Shown: piece by piece, positions 22,305 through 32,286 of the stretch
Numbering within the stretch: the first letter of the stretch is position 1
Layout: the number at the start of each line of letters is the position of its first letter
Made by a program: the position numbers and the translations under genes
From: an uncultured Methanosarcinaceae archaeon
GTDB lineage: Archaea > Halobacteriota > Methanosarcinia > Methanosarcinales > Methanosarcinaceae
Assembly: GCA_963727895.1 (NCBI GenBank)
Contig: CAVSHT010000011.1
Span: 64,001 to 128,000 of the forward strand
Reading direction: 5' to 3'
Length of the DNA: 64,000 nucleotides
Notes under the pieces: generated by a model
Database searches by the model: none
The model's input: only the letters and a program-made list of their open reading frames with translations
Told to the model about the DNA's origin: nothing

Positions 22305-22439
22305 TTATTTTTTCTTCTTTTCCTTTGCAAGCTTCTTTTTTGCGTCTTTACTGCCTGCAGAAGCCAGCTTCTCCAGCTCTTCCACCTTTTCTCTCTTAGC
22401 GATCTTCTTCTTATCCATATCTTTTTTAGACATTGCCAT
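22305..22439 (-). CDS. Small very basic protein (44 aa)
   Basis: MAMSKKDMDKKKIAKREKVEELEKLASAGSKDAKKKLAKEKKKK; SD-like GAAGGT upstream; hairpin downstream at about 22248-22271. Confidence 0.65.
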   Translation of the reverse strand: MAMSKKDMDKKKIAKREKVEELEKLASAGSKDAKKKLAKEKKKK

Positions 22440-22696
22440 AGTGAGTACCTTCATATATTTTAGTGAAGTTACAATATCTTTACAGGCATTACTGATATGA
22501 AGTGCCTTAACAGATATCACATAATTGATTATTCTCAGTTTTAAGAGTATTTATCAGTTTCCACCAAATATAAATTTTCTAATATTGTTAGAGATAAGAT
22601 ATAACCCTTAACGGCTTTATTTTATATGATATAAGATTAATAAATTGTAAAAAAGGAATTAAAGCGAAAATATTCCTTTAAAATAACTTTATTTTG

Positions 22697-24301
22697 TTAC
22701 TTGCCTTCTTTTTCCTTTATGTATTTGCACATTGCCTCAACTAGACTATTAAATGGAGGAGATGGTCTTCCAGGTCTTGAACGGAATTCAGGATGGAACT
22801 GAGAGCCAAAGAAGAAACGTTTGCCAGGAATTTCCGCAATCTCCATTCTATTCTTGTTTTTTCCGGAAAATAGGATACCAAAAGACTCAAGTCTGTCCAC
22901 AAACTCTGGATTTACCTCATATCTATGGCGGTGGCGCTCTACAATGTAATTGGTTCCATAAATATTAGCAGCAATTGAACCTTCTTTAAGGATAGCTTCA
23001 TAGTCTCCAAGGCGCATGGTTCCACCCATGTCCGCAACACCAGTTTGCTCAGGCAAAATATCAATCACAGGATAAGGAGTATCTTCGTCAAATTCTGTAC
23101 TGTTTGCCCCTTCAAGTTTAGCCATATTTCTGGCAAACTCAATTACTGCAAGCTGCATCCCCAGGCAAATTCCAAGAAATGGAATATCGTTTTCTCTGGC
23201 AAACTTTATTGCCATCATTTTCCCTTCAGTGCCACGTTCTCCAAAACCACCCGGAATAAGAATTCCGTCATACTGTATTAAATTCTCAACATCTGTCGGA
23301 TTTTCTTCCAGTATTTCGGCTTCAACCATGTGGACATCAACCTTACATCCATTATCGATTCCACCGTGTTTGAGAGCTTCAAGAATGCTGAGATAAGAGT
23401 CCTCAAGATTGGTATATTTTCCGACGATTGCCAATTTGACGGTATTGGTTGTGGATTTCATCTTTGCAACCATTTCTTTCCATCCACCGTTTTCGACATC
23501 AGATTCAAGTTGCAGATGTTTCATTAGCTGGGAAGTTAAACCCTGCTTTTCTATATTAATAGGCACTTCATAAATATCGTCGGCATCATAAGCGCTAATG
23601 ACCAACTCCTGAGGAACGTCACAAAAGAGAGCGATTTTCTCTTTGGCACTATCCTGAAGAGGTGTTTTTGACCTCACAACTATCACTTCAGGGCTGAGAC
23701 CAAGGGCTCGAAGTTCTTTTACGGAATGCTGAGAAGGCTTGGTTTTTTGCTCACCTTGAAGATCTTCCATAGCTAAAGTCACATGAATAAATACAATGTT
23801 TTCTGAAGGTTCTTCCCTGTGCATCTGGCGTACAGCTTCAAGGAAAGGCATGCTTTCAATGTCACCAACAGTTCCTCCGATTTCGATAAGACATATATCA
23901 GCTCCACTTCTGGCAGCAACTTTTCTGATCCTGCTTTTTATCTCGTTTGTAACATGGGGAATTATCTGGACTGTTTTTCCGAGATACTCTCCTCTCCTCT
24001 CTTTGGAAATTACTTCCTGGTAAACCTTACCTGTAGTAAGATTATGATCTCTGGTAAGTTCCGTATCAAGGAATCTCTCGTAATTTCCAAGATCCAGGTC
24101 AACCTCCCCTCCATCCTTGAGCACAAAGACTTCCCCATGCTGGTAGGGGCTCATGGTACCTGCATCAATATTGATGTAAGGATCGATCTTAATAGCTGTA
24201 ACTTTATAACCTTTATTTTTAAGATTTCTGCCAATGGATGCGATGGTAATGCCTTTTCCAAGCCCACTCATCACCCCACCGGTAACTACTATATACTTCA
24301 T
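22697..24301 (-). CDS. pyrG: CTP synthase
   Basis: VTGGV.SGLGKG, KTKP.QHSV, GICLGMQ and QFHPE motifs. Confidence 0.98.
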   Translation of the reverse strand: MKYIVVTGGVMSGLGKGITIASIGRNLKNKGYKVTAIKIDPYINIDAGTMSPYQHGEVFVLKDGGEVDLDLGNYERFLDTELTRDHNLTTGKVYQEVISKERRGEYLGKTVQIIPHVTNEIKSRIRKVAARSGADICLIEIGGTVGDIESMPFLEAVRQMHREEPSENIVFIHVTLAMEDLQGEQKTKPSQHSVKELRALGLSPEVIVVRSKTPLQDSAKEKIALFCDVPQELVISAYDADDIYEVPINIEKQGLTSQLMKHLQLESDVENGGWKEMVAKMKSTTNTVKLAIVGKYTNLEDSYLSILEALKHGGIDNGCKVDVHMVEAEILEENPTDVENLIQYDGILIPGGFGERGTEGKMMAIKFARENDIPFLGICLGMQLAVIEFARNMAKLEGANSTEFDEDTPYPVIDILPEQTGVADMGGTMRLGDYEAILKEGSIAANIYGTNYIVERHRHRYEVNPEFVDRLESFGILFSGKNKNRMEIAEIPGKRFFFGSQFHPEFRSRPGRPSPPFNSLVEAMCKYIKEKEGK

Positions 24302-24934
24302 GGGTAAGCTCCCTCAATAGTTTTCCGAATAGTGATTTTAGACTAAAGGATATTGTATGGAGTTAGACAGGGAAATAATCAAAGTTACTATTTTATAAGA
24401 AATATGTCATTAATTCTCTGGTACGAACACAATACCAATATCTTCATGATATAAAAAATACTCTCTACTTTTAAAAAGAGGATGTATTAAATATATTAGT
24501 AAGTAGTGATGAAACTGGATTAAAAAAGTTTTGTAGAAAAACTATCAAAACCAGCTTAAATAATCTGATTAAATATGAAAAACGGAGTTAAGTCATTTAA
24601 TTCAAATAAATAGAGATTAGTTACTTATTCGATTGTCTACAAAACCAAAAAATGTGAATATATAAGGCAATGGTTAAAATTTCAGCTACTTTAAAACATG
24701 GAATAGGAAAGAAAAGGTCAGAAAAGTATAATTTATCTAACCATAAAGTGACTCCTTAATCGCAAAAATATTCTGAATAATTTTTTCATGCTTTTCTTGC
24801 TATGAACCTGAAATTTATGAACTTGAATTAATTCTCATTTATAACCTAAAACGCACATGCTTTTCTTCGAATAACAAGCACAACTAATGAAAGTACTCTC
24901 CGTTCTTTTTTTTGACTATTAAGTCCTCATTACC

Positions 24935-25068
24935 TTGGGCAGTAAGGTTGTCTTGATTTTGGTTTTTCAAAACCGTCCTAAAACTAATCAGTGAATTGCC
25001 ATCGAAGGCTCAAGTGTGACTTTGATCACGGATGCTAAATTGGCCTTTTAGGCAATTCCACTGCCCAA
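24935..25068 (+). ncRNA. Putative bridge-RNA-like ncRNA in the IS110 non-coding end
   Basis: Outer stem TTGGGCAGT/ACTGCCCAA encloses two stem-loops carrying GTCCTAAA and GATGCTAAA. Confidence 0.6.
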
Positions 25069-25087
25069 ATAAATTTGGTGATCTAAT

Positions 25088-26353
25088 TTGATTGAAGTCA
25101 TAAACAAAGCTTGTGGTTTAGACATTCACAAACTCTTTTTCATTGCTACAATTTTCAGTAGATCTGGTGAAAAACAACAGCAACGTTTCAACAGAGATGA
25201 TGAAGGAATTTTAGCCCTTAAAAATTGGGTAATATCAGAAAAATGTGATGTTGTTGCATGTGAATCAACCAGCTACTTTTGGGTTCCGATTCATGATTCA
25301 TTGGTAAAGCATCTAACTGTGATAGTTGGAAATGCGCGAGATATGAAGGTATTTACCCATACAAAAACATATAAGATTGACTCAGAAGTCATTGCACAAC
25401 TTGCACTTAATAATATGATTCAGCCATCAAGAGTTTTTCCAAAGGATCATATAGATTTTAGATCATATGTTCGACTTCGGTTAACACTTGTACAAAAAAG
25501 AACAGATTTAAAAAATAAAGCTCACTCAATTCTTGCATCTGAAATTCAATTTTTGCATCTGAAATGCTACACCTGAATAATGTGCTGACAGACGTTTTTG
25601 GCAAGAATGGCAGAATGATCTTATTAGGAATCTCTTCAGGTAAGAGTGTTGGTCAGATTATTGCAAGCCTCTCTCCAAATGTTCGGAAAAAAGCTGCTCA
25701 GATAAGAGAAATTCTTGATCGAGAAATTTCTCAAAGTGCTGCATTCAGACTTCAGATCTGTCTGAAACTCATAAAAAGTCTTGATGATGAACTCGAAGCT
25801 TTAGAAACAGAAATTTTCAATTATGCTTCTCGAAATCATAAGCGAGAAATGGAGATTTTAATGTCAGTTCCAGGTATAGGGGAACTTGGTGCGGCAATTT
25901 TACTTGCTGAAATAGGCAACTTTAAGGATTTTTCTTCTGGAAATAAGCTTGCTTCTTGGCTTGGTCTAGTTCCTAATGTGTATCAATCTACAGATAAATA
26001 CTATAACGGCAGAATCACAAAGAGGGGATCAAAAGTAGCAAGGTGGATTCTGACACAGATTGCTCAAGCAGCAGCAAGAAAGAAGAATAGCAGGTTAAAA
26101 GAGTTTTTTAACAGAAAAAAGAAGTCGATTGGACATGCAAAAGCAATTATTGTCTTAGCAAGGAAAATTGCAACGATACTATGGCATCTTATTACAAACG
26201 ATGAGATGGACGAAGATGAAACCGGATATCAAAAGGGAGAAATCCAAAAGAGAAAGATTATTGAAACTGAGATTTTTTAGGTTGATGAACGGATTAAAAT
26301 AATTAGTGGAATATTTGCGATTATGGGGAAAAAGGATCAAGAGAGCACGTGAG
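25088..26353 (+). pseudogene. IS110 DEDD recombinase, disrupted
   Basis: GLDIHK, CEST, KTYKID (D to Y versus copy 2) and SVPGIG motifs; 20-bp duplication frameshift at 25526-25565; in-frame TAG at 26278. Confidence 0.9.
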
Positions 26354-26439
26354 GATAATCTCCTCATGTACTTTCATGCTAAACTGATGTAGATAGGATT
26401 AAAAGATATAATATTTTCAAATATACAATTTCCCAAAGT

Positions 26440-27183
26440 TTAACTTTCCTCTGCAATCTTTAGCAGAATATATATCATGCAGACCATAAAAAGTATTGAA
26501 AACAAAAGGGACTGGACAAAGCTGACTTTAAACTGCAGGCTTGAAGGTAGTATGAAATAGAGGAAAAATAAACATATAAGTAGTAAAAAACCTCCAAAAG
26601 CTAAATTCAAAGAATATTTATCATTTCCAGGTACATTGCGGCTTTTCTTTCCTGCGAAATCCAAAGAACCTTTTTTAAATTTATTACATACAGATGAAAA
26701 CCAATTAAGCCTTTTTCCTGACTTTGGACGAGAAGTCCTATTTATAGATAGTGAAATTGAAGGCTTTTGAAAGATAAATTCTTCGTTTCTATCCTCTACA
26801 TAGGACTCATCTTTTGATTGAGCCTGAGGCTGTGGATCAATTTTTCCAAGCTTTACTGGAAAACCTTTTTTTCTTGAGCCATAACCCGCCGTGATATAGA
26901 TCTGCCCTTCTATGAACACATTTCCTTCTAGAGGAATTCTTGCAACTGCGGAAATATATTCTTTTTGAAGCACATACGGGTTATCTCTCAAAAAAGTGAT
27001 TCTGCCTTTCAATTCTTCACTTACTGAGAGATGAATATGGGTAGGAGACCCGTAGTTTGTGATAAGAATCTCAAAGGTTTCTTCTTCGCCGGGAGAAAGA
27101 GGAATCTCGACATGTTCTTTTTCAAATTCAATTGAGTCTATTTCCTGTCGGTTGAGAACAACATTCTGGAATATCTGCTGCAA
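26440..27183 (-). CDS. Conserved archaeal membrane-anchored hypothetical protein
   Basis: LNR..I.SIEF, NYGSP.H.HL and TAGYG motifs, plus two C-terminal TM helices; directly downstream of trm112. Confidence 0.7.
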   Translation of the reverse strand: MQQIFQNVVLNRQEIDSIEFEKEHVEIPLSPGEEETFEILITNYGSPTHIHLSVSEELKGRITFLRDNPYVLQKEYISAVARIPLEGNVFIEGQIYITAGYGSRKKGFPVKLGKIDPQPQAQSKDESYVEDRNEEFIFQKPSISLSINRTSRPKSGKRLNWFSSVCNKFKKGSLDFAGKKSRNVPGNDKYSLNLAFGGFLLLICLFFLYFILPSSLQFKVSFVQSLLFSILFMVCMIYILLKIAEES

Positions 27184-27197
27184 GTCTAACCCTCACA

Positions 27198-27380
27198 TCA
27201 GTTTCTGAGGTCAGGAGGAAGTAAATTTGGAATTCCCTCATCTATTGGATAATGTTCTTTGCATACAGGACAATAGAGGGTTCCAGATATGACCTCTTCT
27301 TTATTTTCTTCAACAACGTTCAAAACCAGGTCGCTCTTACATATAGGGCAAGCCAGAATATCCATAAGATTTGTCTTCAC
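27198..27380 (-). CDS. trm112: Methyltransferase activator Trm112
   Basis: LMDILACP.CK..L...G.L.CP.C..YPI.EGIPNLLP. Confidence 0.9.
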   Translation of the reverse strand: MKTNLMDILACPICKSDLVLNVVEENKEEVISGTLYCPVCKEHYPIDEGIPNLLPPDLRN

Positions 27381-27955
27381 TTAGATTCACCGTTAAAGCT
27401 ACTTTTCCGATAGAGAAGAAAGTATTTTACTCTTGTTTGGATTATTAATTGTTTTCTCACTGCTCTTATTCCTATGAGTATCAAACTTTATCCTACTATT
27501 TACCGTATTCAATTCATCTTCCTATTTTAATGTAATCTATATAAAAGACACTTATGATTTGACCTTTTATCGATTTTTATATAATGCATTAATACATTTT
27601 ATAGAACACTTAAAATAATCTTTTCAGAAAATTTATAAAATATTAGTGATAATTCCCGCATATTTTGAGAATTCAACTTGTAAAAACCTTATGAGTTAGG
27701 AATCTTCAAATACTTATTACCAGGGTACAAAGTTTAGATATCAGAGATAGAATAAAGAATTGTATAGAGACAATTTGATTTTCAAATTATATATAATTCA
27801 GTATCAAGAATTGAGAAATCAATATCATAAAACGGAGAACCAACGAGATATTGCTTCACAATCAGACTTGAGAATTCATTTAAAAATTAAAAATTCATAC
27901 TTATATGGTAAAATGTGGAAAATCTGCACAGTTTAAAAAATTAAAATGAATTCGT

Positions 27956-29839
27956 GTGATACAGATGAAACAGGAAATAAATGATAAAAGCATTGATTCT
28001 GCAACCCGAATAATGTTACAGGAAGCCGAGAAAACAAATATTGAAACTGTCTGGGACAGATATGAGAAGCAACTGCCTCAGTGCAGTTTTGGACAACTTG
28101 GAATTTGTTGCCGAAATTGTAATATGGGTCCCTGCAGGATAGATCCTTTTGGAGAGGGAGCTAATAGAGGAATTTGTGGTGCTACCGCAGATATCATAGT
28201 TGCAAGAAACCTCCTTAGAACAATAGCTGCAGGTGCAGCAGCTCATTCAGATCATGCAAGAGATGCAGTACTAACATTTAAAAAAATGAGTGAAGGAGAG
28301 GCTGGAAGCTATAAGATAAAAGATGAAGCAAAACTGTTGTCCCTTGCTTCAGAATATGGAATTTATATGGAAGGAAAAAGCCGCGAAGAAATTGCAGCCA
28401 AGCTCGCCGATGTACTGCTTCTTGAATTTGGAAAACAAACCGGAAGCCTCCTGTGTACCAGAAGAGCCCCCAAATCAAGGTTAAAACTCTGGACTGAACT
28501 TGGAATAAATCCCAGGGGAATTGACAGGGAAATTGTAGAATGCATGCATAGGACCCATACGGGTGTGGACAACAATGCAGTCAATATACTGTTACAGGGA
28601 CTGCGCACAGGGCTTTCTGACGGCTGGGGAGGCTCAATGATTGCAACTGATATTCAGGATGTACTCTTTGGAACTCCACAGCCAAGAAAAAGTACAGTTA
28701 ATCTGGGTGTACTATCCAGGGATAAAGTAAATGTAATCGTCCATGGACATGAACCAATTCTTTCAGAAATGATTGTGGAAGCTGCAGAAGATCCTGAGCT
28801 TCTTAAACTTGCAGAAGAAAAGGGTGCAGCAGGTATTAATGTAGCCGGAATCTGCTGTACTGGTAACGAGACTCTGATGCGACATGGAACCCCTATAGCA
28901 GGCAATTTTCTCCAGCAGGAATTGGCAGTAATTACTGGTGCTGTAGAAGCTATGGTAGTGGATGTTCAGTGTATCATGCCTTCCCTTGGAGAACTTACAG
29001 GCTGCTACCATACAAAATTTATATCTACATCCCAAAAAGCTGATTTTCCTAACACTGTAAGAATGGAATTCCATGAAGACAGAGCTTATGAAACTGCAAA
29101 AGAAATCGTTAGGATAGCCGTTGAAAATTTCCCTAATAGGGTCCCAGAAAAGGTTGTTATACCTGAAGAAAAGCAAGAATGCATGGTCGGTTTTAGTGCT
29201 GAAGCAATCCTCAATGCTCTTGGCGGAAGCCCCGATCCTCTAATTGAAGCTATAAAAGACGGAGCAGTTCGAGGAATAGGCGCGGTTGTAGGCTGCAATA
29301 ACGTAAAAGTAACTCACAACTACGGTCATGTTAATCTTGTTAAAGAACTGATCAAGAACAATGTACTTGTGGTAACAACCGGCTGCAATGCAATCGCCTG
29401 TGCCGAAGCAGGGCTGCTTTTGCCTGAAGCTTCTGAATTTGCAGGGGATGGTTTGAAAGCTGTCTGTAAAGCACTGGGAATACCCCCTGTCTTGCATATG
29501 GGTTCCTGTGTTGACATCAGCCGTATCCTCGTGCTTTCATCAGCGATTGCTAATCGTCTGGGTGTAGACATAAGCGATCTTCCAGCAGCAGGAGCAGCAC
29601 CTGAATGGATGAGTGAAAAAGCAGTTAGTATCGGAACTTATGTCGTTTCATCAGGAGTATTTACCGTGCTTGGGACTATTCCGGCTGTTCTTGGAAGCCA
29701 GGCTGTTACGTCTCTTTTGACAGAGGGTTTAAACAGTGTTGTCGGAGCAAGCTTTGCGGTTGAACCTGATCCCTTTAAAGCAGCAGACCTGATGCTTGAA
29801 CACATTGACGGAAAAAGAAAGGCACTGGGTTTGGCATAA
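27956..29839 (+). CDS. cooS: Monofunctional Ni,Fe carbon-monoxide dehydrogenase
   Basis: D/B-cluster C.FG..G.CCRNC.MGPC; C-cluster ligand motifs HGH, CCTG, VQC, GCNN, TGC and GSCVD. Confidence 0.96.
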   Translation: MIQMKQEINDKSIDSATRIMLQEAEKTNIETVWDRYEKQLPQCSFGQLGICCRNCNMGPCRIDPFGEGANRGICGATADIIVARNLLRTIAAGAAAHSDHARDAVLTFKKMSEGEAGSYKIKDEAKLLSLASEYGIYMEGKSREEIAAKLADVLLLEFGKQTGSLLCTRRAPKSRLKLWTELGINPRGIDREIVECMHRTHTGVDNNAVNILLQGLRTGLSDGWGGSMIATDIQDVLFGTPQPRKSTVNLGVLSRDKVNVIVHGHEPILSEMIVEAAEDPELLKLAEEKGAAGINVAGICCTGNETLMRHGTPIAGNFLQQELAVITGAVEAMVVDVQCIMPSLGELTGCYHTKFISTSQKADFPNTVRMEFHEDRAYETAKEIVRIAVENFPNRVPEKVVIPEEKQECMVGFSAEAILNALGGSPDPLIEAIKDGAVRGIGAVVGCNNVKVTHNYGHVNLVKELIKNNVLVVTTGCNAIACAEAGLLLPEASEFAGDGLKAVCKALGIPPVLHMGSCVDISRILVLSSAIANRLGVDISDLPAAGAAPEWMSEKAVSIGTYVVSSGVFTVLGTIPAVLGSQAVTSLLTEGLNSVVGASFAVEPDPFKAADLMLEHIDGKRKALGLA

Positions 29840-29852
29840 GAGAGATGATATA

Positions 29853-30362
29853 ATGAAAGACTTAACGATTCGGCCCGAACGCTGCTTGGGCTGCCGTTCC
29901 TGTGAGATTGCCTGTGCCGTTGCACATTCTAAAAGCAAGAACCTCTTTTCAGCTATAGGAGAAAAACCATTTCCAAAAAACCGTATCTGTTTAGAGCATA
30001 TCCATGACTTTGGAGTATCACTTCCTATCACCTGCAGGCACTGTAAAGATGCACCCTGTGTTTCGGTTTGTCCTACAAAATCTCTCTCTCAAGATGAAAT
30101 TACAGGCACGGTAAGTCATAAACCTGAACTTTGCGTAGACTGTTGGATCTGTTCTATGGTATGTCCTCGTTTTATTTCTCTATATCAAATGATTCTCGTT
30201 ATGGGATGCTGGACCAGTTCTATGAACTACAATCGTGGAGTAATTGACAGAAAAGCTGAAGCAGGGCTAAAATGTGATCTTTGTGAAGGGAGGGATTTAC
30301 CTGCATGTGTTGAGGCATGCCCAACACAAGCCCTTATTTTCTCAGACATTGTCGAAATTTAG
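29853..30362 (+). CDS. cooF: CooF-type 4Fe-4S electron transfer subunit
   Basis: C..C.SC..AC, C.HC..APC..VCP, C..C..C..VCP and KCDLC..PACV..CP; directly follows cooS. Confidence 0.88.
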   Translation: MKDLTIRPERCLGCRSCEIACAVAHSKSKNLFSAIGEKPFPKNRICLEHIHDFGVSLPITCRHCKDAPCVSVCPTKSLSQDEITGTVSHKPELCVDCWICSMVCPRFISLYQMILVMGCWTSSMNYNRGVIDRKAEAGLKCDLCEGRDLPACVEACPTQALIFSDIVEI

Positions 30363-30549
30363 AGAAAATGCATAATAAACTTGTAGAGTTTGAGATAAAT
30401 AGATAGAAGATAGTATATTCGGTTGCAATTAATAGAGATTATCTGCGCCTCCACTATCTCCTTTGATGAGAGTCATAAAAACTCATTGTTATATTAACAT
30501 AAGTTGTCATATATTATAATGAACTTAAAAAGAAAATAGGGAATTCGCT

Positions 30550-31011
30550 ATGAGTGATAATATTTATAAAAAGATAATGATTGCAACTGACGGATCTGAA
30601 CTTGTAAGAAAAGCGATTGAAACAGCGGTTGAAATCGCAAAAATAAGCGGAGCAAAACTATATGCCGTTTATGTCATTCCTTATGGAGGACTTTTAGTAC
30701 CCTACCCAAGCGATATACGATGGGAAAAATCCACTTTAGAATATTTCAAGAATGAAGGTAGGGAAGCAACGGCTTATGTTGAAAACTCTACGAAAGCTGA
30801 AAATATTGAGGTAGAAAGCGTAATCCTGGAAGGAATCCCTGCAAATGAAATTGTCGATTTTGCAGAAAAAAATGATATTGACCTTATCGTTATGGGAACA
30901 CTTGGAAAAACCGGGATCCAGAGATTCCTGCTAGGAAGCGTAGCAGAAAATGTAGTAAGGCACTCAAAAAAAGCAGTAATTATTGTAAGAGGAAAACTGA
31001 ATAAAAAATAA
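30550..31011 (+). CDS. Universal stress protein
   Basis: KIMIATDGS and DLIVMGTLG..G..FLLGSVAE motifs. Confidence 0.95.
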   Translation: MSDNIYKKIMIATDGSELVRKAIETAVEIAKISGAKLYAVYVIPYGGLLVPYPSDIRWEKSTLEYFKNEGREATAYVENSTKAENIEVESVILEGIPANEIVDFAEKNDIDLIVMGTLGKTGIQRFLLGSVAENVVRHSKKAVIIVRGKLNKK

Positions 31012-31170
31012 GAAGGGCACATAATTATCAAAATTTATCGAAATATATACTGTAAGTAATAAACTCTTTCAGACGGTTAATGTCCTAAAAATTAAAAATG
31101 ATAAGCTGAAAGGAAAGAAAAATAGAGATAAAATAGATAAAAACTACTTGTATAAACTTAAGAAAAATAT

Positions 31171-31273
31171 AAAAAATACAGTTGATGAACGGGATTTTTG
31201 GAGGAGGTTAAAATATGTTGGATATAATTATTGTCAATAATATTTGATTTTGAGCATTACCCGTTCACTAATC
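31171..31273 (-). ncRNA. Putative sRNA with anti-SD loop
   Basis: TATA box CTTATATAT (31300-31292); stem TGAACGGG/CCCGTTCA; internal ACCTCCTCC; U-rich tail. Confidence 0.5.
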
Positions 31274-31689
31274 CTTCTTGACGATTATTTGATATATAAG
31301 TATGTTGGTACACGAAAAATAAAAGGTCTTTTTGTGCAAGAAATATCAAAAAAATATTATAAATTAGCATATTTCTGTCCGTATAGAGACAATATGAAAT
31401 GTGTGAATAATATTAATTAAATAGAATCATACAAAAAAACAATTTAATATTAATTAGTAGACATAAATAAACTTAAAAAAAACATAGAATTGAAAAAGAT
31501 CAACATAGGGATATAGAAACTGAATTTTGCAATTAAGTTTGAACAAATAAAGATAAACATACACAACAAAAAGTCTTTATTTATGGAATAAAAGACCTAT
31601 AAATAAGAAGTTACAAAATAATACGATCAAGATCATAAGGCAAAAATTACAATATAAGAGTAGTATAAAAAAGATAATGCATAAATTTT

Positions 31690-32166
31690 GTGGTATTAAA
31701 GCTTGGAGATATTAATTTGGAAGGCAAAAATTACGAAAAGATAATGATTGCAACCGACGGTTCTAAACAAGTAGAAAAGGCAGTTCAGGAAGGAATTAAG
31801 CTTGCTAAGCTTACTGGAGCAAATCTCTATGCTGTATATGTAATTGCCCCTACTGGCTATTCTTCGAGAGATTTCGGGTGGGAGGAATCACTAAGAGAAT
31901 TGCTTGAAACTGAAGCAAAAAAAGCTGTTAATCACGTTGAAGAGATCGGAAAAGTTTCAGGCGTTAATGTAGAATCTGTGATTCTTGAGGGGCATCCTGC
32001 AGATGAACTTTTGAAATTCTCAAAAAACGCAGGAATAGACCTTATAATCATGGGAACACTTGGAAAAACAGGGCTTGAAAGATTTTTACTGGGAAGCGTA
32101 GCAGAAAAAGTGATAAGACATTCAAAAACACCGGTAATGATCGTAAAAGGCGAAATCAAAAAATAA
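31690..32166 (+). CDS. Universal stress protein
   Basis: Same USP motifs as 30550..31011. Confidence 0.95.
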   Translation: MVLKLGDINLEGKNYEKIMIATDGSKQVEKAVQEGIKLAKLTGANLYAVYVIAPTGYSSRDFGWEESLRELLETEAKKAVNHVEEIGKVSGVNVESVILEGHPADELLKFSKNAGIDLIIMGTLGKTGLERFLLGSVAEKVIRHSKTPVMIVKGEIKK

Positions 32167-32286
32167 AAGACTATTACCTTTATTATATAAGAGCTATTAT
32201 TTTGCTAAAAATAGAATCGATAATTGAAGAACTGCTATTTATTAAGAAAGAACTTTTTAAAAAGAAAAGGTGCTCTTTAAGAGCCC

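Larger units (their letters stand above)
24846..26383 (+). mobile_element. IS110-family element, copy 1 (1538 bp including CTAAA at both ends)
   Basis: Ends defined by comparison with inverted copy 47678..49215; no TIRs; CTAAA at both junctions. Confidence 0.92.
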
